Below, piece after piece: positions 37,247-51,049 of a DNA stretch of 64,000 nt. The stretch comes from Eledone cirrhosa. Taxonomy: Eukaryota. Both the position numbers and the translations under genes were made by a program. The notes beneath the pieces were generated by a model. That model was not told the DNA's origin. It did no database searches and was given only the letters and a program-made list of their open reading frames with translations. The DNA is taken from NCBI GenBank assembly GCA_964016885.1, contig OZ024742.1, positions 108,314,001-108,378,000 of the forward strand, in the 5' to 3' direction. Position 1 is the first letter of the stretch, and each line of letters begins with the position of its first letter.

Positions 37247-40200
37247 ATTTCTTTATTAGCCACAGGGGCACAAAAGAAGGGGACAAATACAAAGGGGGAA
37301 GTTTACATACAATAAAAACGTGTAAAATGTTATCACAGTTGGAATTTAAAAAGTTAGTCGATTTTCCCCAATAGAGGGAGACAGTTTATATGGGTAACAC
37401 ATACCCCCGAAAAAAAAATGTGCAACCCTCATCTCCAGGAGTACGAAGAGCTTGTACTCCTTTCCTCTTCTCCTCCTTTTCCTCAACCTACAGGCTGATA
37501 TAGAGAGAAGGCCCATTCACTCGGGCCATTCTCGCCACTTTCACCCACCTTTCATAAAACTTGCTGGGGTACAGCACCTCTCTCTCCATCCTGATTCTTC
37601 TTCCAAAGTGGTATTTGAAAAAAAGAATCAGTTGTTGGCCGGAGAGAAAGGTGTCTGACCTCAGCCCTTTCAACCTTGTCCACCATACAACCTCTTTCGC
37701 CATAGCTATCACACAATGGAAAACCGCCTCTCCTTCGTTTTTGAAGGAGGGTGGCGGTTTGATCATGACAATGGACTCGGTGGTCAACTGGATTGGTCCC
37801 ACCCGCGACAATAGTCGTTCTACATAGCCCCACAGGTCAGTGACGCCCGGGCAGTGTATGAATGCGTGCGCGACGGTTTCTTCGTCTCGCACGCACCTCG
37901 GGCAGATCTTTTTGCAGGGTCCCTGCCCGGGCGCCCATGTCTTCAGAGCTTGTCTCGAACTGGTAGAGCTCCTCGGTACTGGTAGAGCTCCTCGGTACTG
38001 GTAGAGCTCCTCGGTACTGCCAGGCCAGGGACTTTTGGAAGTTGTCCATCGGTCCCGGGCGGAAGGTCCTACCGAACAGACTGGCTAGTTCATCTTTCTC
38101 TACGCCTAGAGTTTCACCGAGCGCGTCGTCGCACTTGCTGCGGACCAACCCTCTATAGAATGACGAAGTGGAGTCTCCACTGATAGCCGGATCCGCCTGC
38201 CAGAGGGCTGTGAGCGCCTGAGCACATTCGATGTGCCAGTCGCCCATTTTCCTCGGTCTTTGCTTGACCCAGGACTGCAGCTTGGTCAGCGAGACGAGTC
38301 GTGGGAAGGCTCGCCTCACAAACGGGGCCCACACCGGTTGTCCGGTGAGGAATACGTAGAGATGCCGCATCCTGAGCGCGTGTTTGCGCATCGTCAACCA
38401 CGGCATCCCCAGCCCTCCGTTAGAAGGGTGTTGGCAGCAGATGGATCTTCTCACCAAAGGAGCCCGCCTCTTCCAAAGGAATCGGAAGAGCGCGCGCTCC
38501 ATTTTGGCGAGCGTTTTGGCTGGACAAGGCACGACGGTCAAGCGGTAGTAGATGGCGGACGCTATAAAAGTGTTCGCCACCTCCGCTCGACCTTTCAAGG
38601 ATAGTTTGCACTCGGCCCACTTCTGGGTGAGTGCAAACACCTTGGCCGTCACTTCGTTCCAGTTCTTCTCCACCTCCACCTGGAGGTCCGGACCAAACCA
38701 GACCCCGTGCAGCTTTACCGGTCCTTCCGTCCAGCGTCCGACGACGCCATCGGAAGGCATCGGTTTGCCTCTCCACGATCCGAGTTGCAAACCGATGGAC
38801 TTGTCCCGGTTCAGCTTCGCTCCTGTGAGACTTTCGTATTCCTTCAGTAAGGTGCCGACTTCCTCGATTTGCGAGGCGCTCGACACCATTACTGTCACGT
38901 CGTCGGCGTAGGCCGACGCCGCTTTCCGCAGTCCCGGTTCCAGAGGGATGCCCTGCAATAGCTCCAGCTTCCGCAGTAGTGGCTCGAGAGTCAGTACGTA
39001 CAGAAGGGAGGAGAGAGGGCATCCCTGTCGAATGGATCGCGTAATATGTAACGGCTCCGAGAGGTAGCCGTTCACCTTGACCCTTGAGCAGATGTTGCTG
39101 TTGTGCATTGCAGCAATCCAGCCCCTGAATACGGGTCCGAAGCCTGCCGCCTCGAGCACCGCATCCAGGTAATGATGGTCAACACTATCGAAAGCCTTAG
39201 ACTGATCCAAGTTGATCAGGGCCTCACCGAAGCCGAGTTTACACCCTACCCTCTCTATGATGTATCGCATGAGGTGGAGGTTGTCGTGTATGGACCTGGT
39301 CGGGATTGCGCATGTCTGCGCTTCTCCCACCAGGTTCTCGACGACAAGCGCCAGCCTCTTTGCCAACGCCTTGGCCAAAATCTGTAACTCTGTGTTTAGC
39401 AGAGTTATGGGCCGGAAGTTGCCTATGTCTTCCCCCTTATTCTCGTCCTTCCTGATTAGTGTTACCACGCCCCCGGTTACAGAACTGGGAATTCTCCCGT
39501 TCTGTTGCCAGTTTCAGTAGACCGCTTCCAGGAGACCGGAGAATAAGTCCGGCATTGCTACGTAAAATTCGTAGGGTAGACCGTCGAGACCTGGAGATTT
39601 GCGTTTGCTGCATTGGCTCAGCGCGTCCCCTATCTCAGTGGCTGAAATCGGCTTTTCGCAGAACTTTGCCTCGCTGTCCGAGAGTCGCGGTAGGCCGTCG
39701 AGGTATGGACAGAAATCCATAGCCTCTCCCCCCCCCCCGAACAGCCAATCAAAGTGCCGCTGAAAAGCCGCACACATCTGCTTCGGCTCACGTATCACGC
39801 GTCCGTTTTGGTCCTTCAAAGACCGAATCGTGGACTTGTTGCCACTTTTTGCCTCCGTCACTCGGGCCCAGCTAACAGCTTTGGCTCCCTCGTTTCCCAG
39901 AGCACGTATTTTGCTTCTGACAACGCAGCCCTCGTGCTTTGCGTCGAAGAACTGGTCCAAGGCCGTTCTCGTTGCTAGCACGCTGGCTACGTTGCCACTT
40001 CTAATTGCCTATTCTACTTTATCTACCAGTTCCTTCTCGGTTCTATTTCTATCTAACGGTAATTCTTTACTAAAAACTATCGAGTCTAATCTAACTGCCC
40101 TCTTGAGAGAGTACCACCATCTGTTGTTGACAATGGCCCTTGTCAAGTGCTGTTTAACTAAAGTACTAATCCGTCTACTGTAGGCTTTGCTTGTCGGTAA

Positions 40201-42641
40201 CGACAAGTTCAGCTTCCAGTTGCCGGGTCCTTGTCTATGGGTTCTATCAAGGTTGGCCATGCAGGTCACTACTTTGTGATCTGAATAGGCAACCATGAAC
40301 ATTTGTGGACAGCTTAACATGTCCCTATCCTTATTTCTAACTAGAACCCTATCTAGGTACGATCTAGATGTTCCGCTACGATTACTCCACGTCCACAGTG
40401 GCGCAGTCGGAAAATCTAGTCGATATCTATCGGCCAGGTCAAATCGGTCGATTAACTGTTTGAGTCTGTTACACTCCCCTTTATCGGGACATGCTCCCAC
40501 ATAGTCCCAACGTGCATCTAGGATTCCATTCCAGTCCCCCACTAAATGCAAGGAGCAGGACGTTCCCAGAAAAGTCTCTAGACGTTTGAAGAAATCTGGC
40601 CGCGGTGTCCCGGATGGGGCATAGGCGGCCACCAGCCTGAAGGCTCCACCTTCACTACCGTCAACTTCTAGGACCACCAGTCGACCCTCCGGGTCAAGAT
40701 GTACCGTCTGTGTTACGAGGCCCAGGTGTTTCCGCAGCAAAACGGCAACTCCGCCCCCACCCCCCGGTTGACAGAGAGATGCGTAGATCTCAAAGTCATC
40801 GAAGATGGGGGCCAGCTGTCGCTCGCCGTGGATCCTGGACTCGCAAATGGCTACCACATCCATACTGTGCGACCTGAGGTCGTTTAAGAGTTTGCCCTGT
40901 TTCCAGGGTATCCCCAGGCCGCGTACGTTCACACATCCAACTCTTATATTGGCCATGTTGGTGCTGAAAAGTTAAATGAGGAAAAGAGAGGTGGGAGTTT
41001 GGTTTGTGATGTTTTTGTTGTTTATGTTGGTGGTTGTATGTTTGTGGTAGTGTTTGCTGGTTTTTTGCTTTTGTGATGTATTTTCTTTCTTTTCGAGCGA
41101 TGGGGTTCTCCCTCGTCTTCACTGGGTGATAGCGAGATAGCCTCATCTGTTGTATCGTCTGTGTGATTGGGAAGGGGTATTTCTTGGGGAGCTGTTGTGT
41201 CTGTATGTGATTTTGCAGTGGTTTTAGGTGGAGTGGGGTTGGGTGGGACTGTGTTTGTTGTGGTTATTTTTGTGTGTTGGTGTTGTTGTTGTTGTTGTGG
41301 TGGTGTTGGTGGTTGTGTTGTTTTGATGGGTGTCGGCAGAAGAGCCTTTTTTGGTTCATTAATTTAGGACAGGAAGCCCTCAAGTGACCCCTGCTAAAGC
41401 AATGGTAACATGAAGGCCGCCTACCCTCAACCGAAAAGTTTATGTAGGTGAGTCCGTCCAGGAGTACACGCTGTGGGATCATAGCTATTCGCTCTGGGCT
41501 CATTTGCACCAGAATTTCAATGCTAGTCCCATTGAACACATCTCTGGGGGACTTTCCTACTGACAGTATTCTGTCTTCATCAAAATTGATGAAACCGCAC
41601 AGTATCCACCATATGTTCACCTTTGGTGTGACACGCGTCATTCTGATCTTTTGTGTCCTTTTTCCCATGTATGTAGGGAAAAAGGTGTACAAGTTGGATA
41701 CAATTGGCGACACAGAGTAATTTTGGGCCGTCAATTGATTCTTCATGAGTACCGAAATACTCCCCAAAAGTTTGCTTCTTTGAATGAATGCAATATCATT
41801 CATTGAATTTTTGAAAACCAGTTCGATTTCTTTCTGTGACAATTGGACTGGTTTTCGGGTAGAATTGGAAACTGTCCTAAAAACTATCGTTTTGAGAGCA
41901 GTTTCCTTGCGAATTTCTACCGGATGCTGAAAGCACCATTTTTTTCGAAAGTGACATATCTCTTAGCGTCCTTTAAAAGTTGTTCAGCATTTATGTCGAG
42001 ATATATCAATTCTTCCTTCTTTTGAACTTTCTCTGCAAAGGAAGTTTTGGTTTCTTTGTGGAATCCGTATTGGTGGTGTTGTCATTATTGTTGTTATTGT
42101 TGTTGTTATTCTTGTTGTCACCGATGTTGATAGTATTCGTCTTTTCCTTGGTGTTGTTGTTGTTTTTGATGCTGGTGTTGTCTTTATTTTTTTCTTTGTT
42201 GTTGTTATCATTGTTGCTTTTATCATCATTATTGGTTTTGCTGTTATTTTTGTTGTCATTGAACTGTTTGGTGTCATTTGTGTTGTTTGGATATGAATTC
42301 GTTTTTACATTTTCATTTTGTCTTTCCATCTCTATAGTATCTAGTGAAGAAGACGTTGTTGACTGCGAGCTTTGTAGTCTTACCGCCTCTCCACCACCAT
42401 TATCGTTGGACGCAGCGTTCATAACGTAATCAAAATTTTACAATATTTTTTCAAAGATTCGATGGAGAAAAATTTTTTAAATGGATATTCCGCTCCTGTA
42501 GGGGCGAAAATGAGTTGACCCACCACCTGAAGGTCCAGACGGGTGGTCAAGTTACACAATGATATAAAATTGAACTAAAAACTCACGTTTTTTTCTTACA
42601 TAATTTAACGGAAACTTCTCCGCGAAGTTACACACGTCTGA
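37247..42641 (-). mobile_element. Tx1 family A copy with both termini, inactivated (stops, frameshifts, ~466-bp deletion of the ORF1 3' end)
   Basis: Reverse complement of 27480-33324 at high identity; (GATA)n on both sides. Confidence 0.94.
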
Positions 42642-42646
42642 TAGAG

Positions 42647-42720
<74 letters not shown>

Positions 42721-42722
<2 letters not shown>

Positions 42723-42769
42723 TTCTTTATTAGCCACAAGGGCGCAACAAGAAAGGGGACAATACAAAG
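42721..42769 (-). mobile_element. 49-bp 3'-terminal stub of a Tx1-type LINE flanked by a duplication of at least 51 bp
   Basis: CTTTGTATTGTCCCC..CCCTTGTGGCTAATAAAGAAAT plus (CTAT)n; 42598-42648 is identical to 42770-42820. Confidence 0.8.
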
Positions 42770-42818
42770 ACATAATTTAACGGAAACTTCTCCGCGAAGT
42801 TACACACGTCTGATAGAG

Positions 42819-42851
<33 letters not shown>

Positions 42852-42852
42852 T

Positions 42853-42907
<55 letters not shown>

Positions 42908-43004
42908 CCTAAGTATGTATGTATGGACACGTAACTCATAATGCATTTGTAGGGTGTTCCTTGAGCATTTTAAAGTCAGGGTCCACAACATATTTCCTCC
43001 GAAA

Positions 43005-43027
43005 ATGGATAGGGATTTCCTCCAAAA

Positions 43028-43083
<56 letters not shown>

Positions 43084-43106
43084 TTTTGGAGGAAATCTCT
43101 ATCCAT
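43005..43106. repeat. Palindrome: 26-bp inverted arms around (TA)25
   Basis: ATGGATAGGGATTTCCTCCAAAAATG / CATTTTTGGAGGAAATCTCTATCCAT. Confidence 0.9.
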
Positions 43107-43251
43107 CTTGGGACATGTGCCTGCGCAGACCGGTGGGGGAGAATTGGTACTCACAGGGGAACGGATGAAGAACCCAAAAGCACACACTTCGTCCGTTCCC
43201 ATGTCGATTCAACTTGGATTGCCTCGGAAACATAACCTTATTATGTAACAA

Positions 43252-43325
43252 GCTGTCTGATGATGTCACAACACTCGCACACAGAACAGTGTGGCCAGTG
43301 TCGTCATTGAAATATATATCACAGC
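43252..43325 (+). ncRNA. Type-I hammerhead ribozyme, intact core, extended stem II
   Basis: GCTGT-CTGATGA-[..ACACT..CACAC-AGAACA-GTGTG..AGTGT..]-GAAA-TATATA-TC|ACAGC, followed by ATTAAA. Confidence 0.78.
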
Positions 43326-43381
43326 ATTATTATTAAAGGACTTGAACATCTGAAACTACTTCGCTTTTACTTATTCTCTCC

Positions 43382-43432
<51 letters not shown>

Positions 43433-43904
43433 CATATGCATAAAAATACTTCCATATACATGCATATATTCATACACATATACATACACATACATGCACA
43501 CACACACATACACACATAGACACACAGACATATATATATAATTAACATATATCATATAGTATGACTCGTTTAGAATGTGCAACAATTAATCGAAGAACAG
43601 TGAATTCTTGTGAGCTTCATAGAAGACAATAGTTGAAGAAATGAAGCAAAGCAATTTCTGAAACGACAGATGTTTCCCTTTCTCTTGCATTAAAAATTCT
43701 CTAAAGGTTAACAATATATTAATCGCACAACATCAACTATCTATACCTTGATTTAATTATACCACATACTCATAGATTATTGAATATATCTATGCATGAA
43801 TGGCGGTGTCTTAGGCTATGTGAAATAGCCACATCTCTCTCTCTCACTCCCGCGCTCTCTCCCGCTCTCTCTCTCTATGCCCCCTCTCTCTCTCTCTCTA
43901 TGCA

Positions 43905-44014
<110 letters not shown>

Positions 44015-44038
44015 CGGACGGAATACTTTGAAAACTCA

Positions 44039-44133
44039 AGCCATACCTGAGGAACTTGCGAGTGCAGAGTCGGGTTCGATCTGAAACAGATCCTGCCTTG
44101 AGCTGATCGACGGAGAAATATATGTAATATGCT
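44039..44133 (+). ncRNA. Hammerhead-like motif with long branched stem II (imperfect stem I)
   Basis: CATAC-CTGAGGA-[61 nt including GATCTG-AAA-CAGATC]-GAAA-TATATG-TA|ATATG, then AATAAA. Confidence 0.5.
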
Positions 44134-44682
44134 AATAAATTGTGTTTTGATACATTACTGATTCCTCGTTATCTATAATAATATACTCTGCTCTGCGCGA
44201 GCATCGAGTGCTCAAATGGCATACCGTCCACGGACGCATTTACAACAACAACTATATATATATAATATATACATTAGATAGATAGCTATTTTTATCCAAA
44301 TTCCGACGTCTCATGTTTCAATAGATTGATCAACCGAGCAACCTAACCACCTTCAGTTGTATGTATGTATTAACAAGGTATAAATGTTGATATATTTTTC
44401 TTTTATCCTTCCGTAGTTTCTGTTAGCCTCTAGCATTGTAGAATTTCTTGTTTTTGGGTGTTATCAACACAAACGGGCTAATTAATTACATAATGTTATA
44501 AAGATATAATTATTCTTCCTTTCCTACCTAAAATATTAAGTCCCAAGGCGTAAAAAATAGTTTATTTTCATGCTGGAATTAATATTCTGTTCTTTTGTCT
44601 AAACATGCTAGTATCTTACTTCCCATTAAAACATAAACTTCTTCCCAAGGTATTTATCATCCTCAATTCAATTGAATTTTCT

Positions 44683-44723
<41 letters not shown>

Positions 44724-44734
44724 CACACACACAC

Positions 44735-44765
<31 letters not shown>

Positions 44766-45457
44766 CATGTATATATACATATATATATATGCATATATAC
44801 ATACATATATATATATGTGTGTGTGTGTATGTGTGTGTGTGTGTTTATGTTTTATATATTTATATTTAAATATTTATATCATGTTTGTATTATTCTTATC
44901 CTGCTCAATTATCTCATATTCATTCTAGTGATTTTTTTTCACTGTATTTATTTTTTGTTTTTGTTTTATTTCATATTATTTCCATTCTCGATGTTATCGA
45001 TTGTTCTTCCTTAAATAGATTCCTAAATACACAATGAAATTAAGTCTATATACAACATCCTTCATTCGATATTTAAAGAAAAATAATCAGATTAGTTATG
45101 TCGTCGTTTAGAATTTAGATAAGCAAGAAGACAGTTTAGGACTACATATATATATATGTATGTATACTTTTACACACACACACACACACACACACCCACA
45201 CATATATAAATATATATATATATATATATATGTATACATATGTATGTATACTTTTACACACACACACATATATATATATATACATATGTATGTATACTTT
45301 TACCTATATATATATATATGTATATATATACATTAGCTTATTTTCTATATTTAGAGGGTATATTTTGTGCATTTTGTCCAACCACAATCTGGTATTCTTC
45401 AGTTTCGTATATCTATTTTGACGAATCTAAACTTAAACAAAATAAAGAACACATTCA

Positions 45458-45507
<50 letters not shown>

Positions 45508-45629
45508 GTGTATCGGTGTGTACCGTGCAGCTACTGATAGTTCCACCAAGTAAACAACATTTCTCCCCACCCACAATCAGGTTATACGCTGATACTACAA
45601 CCAACTCTGAGTTGGTAATGCGTTAAGCC

Positions 45630-45899
45630 CAGGGGCCTCGTTTGCCTTAAAAATGTGAGGGGGACAAACCAACATTTGTTGATTCTTAAAGAACCATAAA
45701 TTGCTTATGGTGCCTTTCCTGGACCCTATCACATAAGTAAAATTTTACGCTAACTAAATTTTATATATTCAAATGAAGTTCAGATATAAAAAAATAAGCT
45801 TAAAAAGAATTTATTATATCAAATAAACAAAAAACAAAATATAGACGTTTGAAAAAGTGGTGCGGAGGGGACTTGTCTCCCCCGGAAACAAGGCCCTTG
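45630..45899. mobile_element. hAT-type MITE (270 bp)
   Basis: TIRs CAGGGGCCTCGTTT / AAACAAGGCCCTTG; perfect 8-bp TSD GTTAAGCC at 45622-45629 and 45900-45907. Confidence 0.85.
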
Positions 45900-46154
45900 G
45901 TTAAGCCTATATATAATGGTGTGGCAAAGGTAATTCATTCGAGAATCCAGAAGTATGTTGAACTATGGATTCTAGAACCGGGCCCGATCACTTGCGATCG
46001 CACCTTGAGCTGATCGATTGCGAAACGCGCATGACGTGTGAATGACATCATATATTGATATTATATTGATACTTTGTGTCCGATTCTTATATCTATATAC
46101 ATGCGTGTGGGTGAGAGAGCGAGAGCGAGAGAGAGAGAGGGAGAGGGAGAGGGA

Positions 46155-46196
<42 letters not shown>

Positions 46197-46241
46197 AAGA
46201 GAGATAGCATGAGAGAAAGAAAAAGTGTGAGAGAGAGAGCA

Positions 46242-46273
<32 letters not shown>

Positions 46274-46749
46274 TGTGTGTGTATGCGTGTACATGTCGGA
46301 TCTATGTTAGTCCCGACGACGAGTCTCCCAACTGTTTGACGAAATGAACAACTTGCTTATCAAATTAACGTGAAAGTGGCTGAACATTTTACAAACACTT
46401 GTACCTTTAAAATAGTTCTCGGATGAGTTCAGCAGGACAGTGTGACAACGATGACAGTTTGAATAACAAGTACAACTCTTTGCCAGGTGAGTGGCTTGGA
46501 GGAAAGGGAAATAAAATGTATTGCTCTGAGACAGAACACACCACCCGGTAGTTGGAATTGAAGTTACGACTTTATAATCGTAAGCCAAACACCCGTAGTC
46601 ATAAAGCTACGCGCCTTCACATGCACACTATACATACATACACACACATGCACACACACACGCACACTCATATGTAGGAAAAAAGTCAAGACCCCGACGG
46701 CTGAGCTCCGGCCGTTTCGACAGCTAGATCCGAACTACATAAATATATA

Positions 46750-47740
46750 TATATATATCCAAAATTAAGTTAAATTAAGGGTGTCATGTCAGATAGACAT
46801 GCGCCATATCACCCGTAAAATATGCTCCAATAAATAGATCAGAGCATTTTATATCAACTAGTAATTGATTGACATATAAATATATCTAAAATAAACATAT
46901 GAAACAATCACAAGGGATAATTTGTAAAAGTGCGTAAGCACACACAGCTAGGTAGGTAACTAATTAAAGTTTAACTAGAACTTCAAAAATAGATACCTTA
47001 TAAATTGATTAATCTTCCTTGTATATATTCCATTACAGAAATATATTTCACCAATTAATGGATTGGTAAATGACGGTAGCCAGATCCTGGATTTTCAACA
47101 AGGAAGAGGACTAAACTATCTGTGTTTGCGCATCAAATCCAAATCAGCGACTGGCCAGTAACACGTGCTGTATTTACTAAAAATACACACATTGTGTACC
47201 AGCTGCGTCCTAGTGGCGTGAATAGGGTTATCGACAACTAGAAATAGCAGTGAAGTCCTTTCAACTGAGTTAGCTCTACAATTAAGGGGCCGTATTTATA
47301 TATATATCCCAAATTAAGTTAAATTAAGGGTGTCATGTCAGAAACACATGCGCCATATCACCCGTAAAATATGCTCCAAGATTCCAATGTATAGATCCGA
47401 GCATTTTATATCAACTAGAAATTGATTGACATATAAATATATCTAAAATAAACATATGAAACAATCACAGGTTAATTTTCAACAAGGAAGAGGACTTGTT
47501 GAAAATCCAGGATCTGGCTACTGTCGTTTACCAATCGATTAATTGGTGAAATATATTTCTGTAATGGAATATATACAAGGAAGATTAATCAATTTACAAG
47601 GTATCTATTTTTGAAGTTCTAGTTAAACTTTATTTAGTTACCTACATAGCTGTGTGTGCTTACGCACTTTTACAAATTATCCCCTGTGATTGTTTCATAT
47701 GTTTATTTTAGATATATTTATATGTCAATCAATTTCTAGT

Positions 47741-47745
<5 letters not shown>
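46750..47745. repeat. Direct-plus-inverted repeat complex in (TA)n, Penelope pLTR-like arrangement
   Basis: About 46755-46912 is repeated at about 47305-47470; about 46850-47101 is inverted at about 47495-47745. Confidence 0.75.
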
Positions 47746-47795
<50 letters not shown>

Positions 47796-48053
47796 AGTGG
47801 AAGCTTACTAAAATCGAAGCTTTGTATATATATACAATTGAATATATGAGAGGGATGAACACCGATACAAGTATACATGTGTTCGAATTGCAAATGACCA
47901 AGTTAGCTAGGTTGAAAAAATACTAATTTAAAACAATATGGTTTGCCTGTCTCGTCCCTCTCGTATATTCAATTGTATTACCCGACTCGGAAAGATTCCC
48001 TTCCTTGAGCTATTTAATTGTAAAAGACTATTTTGAGTTTCTAACTCAATCTA

Positions 48054-48091
<38 letters not shown>

Positions 48092-48317
48092 TATTTTCCG
48101 TTGTGTTGTAATATAAATATTACACACAGTAGATTATCAGCTCACGTAGAGTTTGCTCGACGGTTCCAGTTGTAGTTCCAAAAGTAATCCGGAGAAAAAT
48201 AGAAAGATTTGAATGGATTTGAAAAGTTTGTAGATAGCTGTTTTAGGTTATGTAACTGTTATAGAAACACGTGTCAATAAATTCCTTTCAACTAAAATGT
48301 ATCCATTCAAATCTTTC

Positions 48318-48351
<34 letters not shown>

Positions 48352-48508
48352 CATACATACATATATATATACATATATATATGTGTTTGTGTGTGTTTGA
48401 GTGTGTGTGTGTGCGTGTGTGTGTGTTATTACAACTGTTTCTGCTGATGCCTATTCAATACTACTTTATCAACGTCGTTATCAACCCTAGTATATTATTG
48501 GCTTTTAA

Positions 48509-48699
48509 AGGCGGTGGATTGGCAGTATCGGTAGAGAGTCGGACACCATGCTTTGAAGCATAGAGTTACGTCCCTTTATGATCTGAGTTCAAATCCCGCC
48601 GAGGTTAACTTTGCCTTTCATCCTTACGGGGTCGATAAAATAAAGTACCAGTAATGTACTGGGTATTTGCTGGCCTTGTGCCCAAGATAGAAACAATTA
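48509..48699 (+). mobile_element. tRNA-derived SINE, full length
   Basis: A-box TGGCAGTATCGG, B-box GAGTTCAAATCC, conserved central domain. Confidence 0.9.
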
Positions 48700-49021
48700 A
48701 TGGCTTTTATCGATCTCCAGCCCGATTTCGAACGCAGAACTATCAGTAAGGCAACTAAATATTCTAATCCATCTACGATGCTGCTCCCCACGTCTGAACA
48801 ATCTTCACCACTTTGGATGTTACCTTACAGAATTAAACCTACTAGCAGGATCCCGAAAATTCCACAGTTTAATTAGAAACAACCACCAAGTATTAAAAGT
48901 CAATATGGCATTTTATGTTTTATTTATGTTGAATGAATAGATAGATAGTAGGTAAAGAGATAGACAGACAGATAGGGCGAGAGAGAGAGTGAGAGAGAGA
49001 AAGAGACAGACATAGAGGATG

Positions 49022-49449
<428 letters not shown>

Positions 49450-50100
49450 TAATAAAAGGAATTCCAACTTTGTCTGATTTACTCGTTTTATTTACAATCA
49501 TTTAAAATGTATAATGGTATTAGAATGAAATAGTATGGTAGAATATTATATGTTAAGTGTTAATTGAACAAGTACTTTCATGCTTTTGCAATCTTCAGGT
49601 TCATATTCTGTGGTGACAATCGAGTTTGCAATTTTCAACTGTAATGAGATGGGTAAATTTTGTGAAAAGTGGCTCCAGAATGCTAAATCTTGCAAACTGT
49701 ATTTCGACCAATCGGTGTGTAGTTTCACTGGATTACTAAAGCTCATTGGTTTAGGCGTCACGGTTGGTTGAGCATGTCTAACGACTACTATTTGACCCTA
49801 TCCAAAGTATCAATTGTTTTGCTATTTTTAGAAATGTTGAAAATACCATTTTCTAGTAATCATCACCATCAACATCACTATTATTATTATTTTTGTTGTT
49901 GTTAGTGATCGTAGTCGACATGGTAGTAGTCATAGTGATAGTAGGAGTAATATCCTCTTATTATTGTTCATTTAGCTTGGGTTTGAATTTATCAATAAAA
50001 TTCTTTTCTTTGATTTGTTTCTTGATTTGTAGAATGGGAATATTATCAATATTCCCTGACCACATGTTGCTAGATGGTTACTTAGGGGTATCTGACGTGT

Positions 50101-50244
<144 letters not shown>

Positions 50245-50346
50245 TATTTTGTAATAACAGTATGCTTAATTAAAAGCATTTTGAAGACCTTACGTTATTG
50301 TTTTAAAGTATGTCACTTACTTCTTGTTTCAACAAACAAAGGGAGA

Positions 50347-50391
50347 TAAGCTGACAGATCTCTGTTTCATACTGTTGGTATTCCTCAGAGC
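50347..50391 (-). ncRNA. Hammerhead ribozyme, inverted copy with stem I shortened by a deletion
   Basis: GCT-CTGAGGA-ATAC-CAACA-GTAT-GAAA-CAGAGATCTG-TC|AGC. Confidence 0.7.
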
Positions 50392-50652
50392 CGTTGAAAA
50401 ATTATGAATGTTGGATTCTTATAGAATTCCAGTAATAATCAGGAACTGATTATACAGAGCGGTTGCCGGTCCAGCAAAAATTGAAAATTAGAATTGGTGC
50501 TCTGAAATAGCGAAGTATATATGAATGTATATATAGTGTATTTGGTAATACACTCTATCAATTTTTGCTGGACCAGCAACCGCTCTGTATAATCAGTTGC
50601 CGATTATTACTGGAATTCTATAAGAATCCAACATTTATAATTTTTCAACAGA

Positions 50653-50722
50653 CAAGGGGAGTGCTAAGCTCTGAGGAATACCAACAGTATGAAACAGAGA
50701 TCTGTCAGCTTATCTCCCTTTG
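50653..50722 (+). ncRNA. Canonical type-I hammerhead ribozyme with extended, bulged stem I
   Basis: CAAGGGGAG-TGC-TAAGCT-CTGAGGA-ATAC-CAACA-GTAT-GAAA-CAGAGATCTG-TC|AGCTTA-T-CTCCCTTTG; predicted cut after 50706. Confidence 0.88.
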
Positions 50723-50783
50723 TTGTTGTAAAACGAACTAAGTGACATAATCACTACTTTAAAACAATATTTCAGAGCACCAA

Positions 50784-50831
<48 letters not shown>

Positions 50832-50916
50832 TGGATAGACAGATACGTAGATAGATAGATAAATAAATAGATCGATAGATATATAGTTATACAAAGGGAG
50901 AGATATAAACGGATGG

Positions 50917-51049
<133 letters not shown>

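Larger units (their letters stand above)
50297..50790. mobile_element. Inverted-repeat Penelope-type non-coding element with a hammerhead in each arm
   Basis: Arms at about 50308-50484 and 50557-50750 are reverse complements; flanked by (TA)n. Confidence 0.8.

Noticed and set aside
47510-47570. Stem followed by GAAA-TATATT-TC as a hammerhead
   Set aside because: No upstream CUGAnGA or stem I found.
48509-48602. tRNA gene
   Set aside because: The A and B boxes belong to a multi-copy SINE head; there is no full cloverleaf or terminator.
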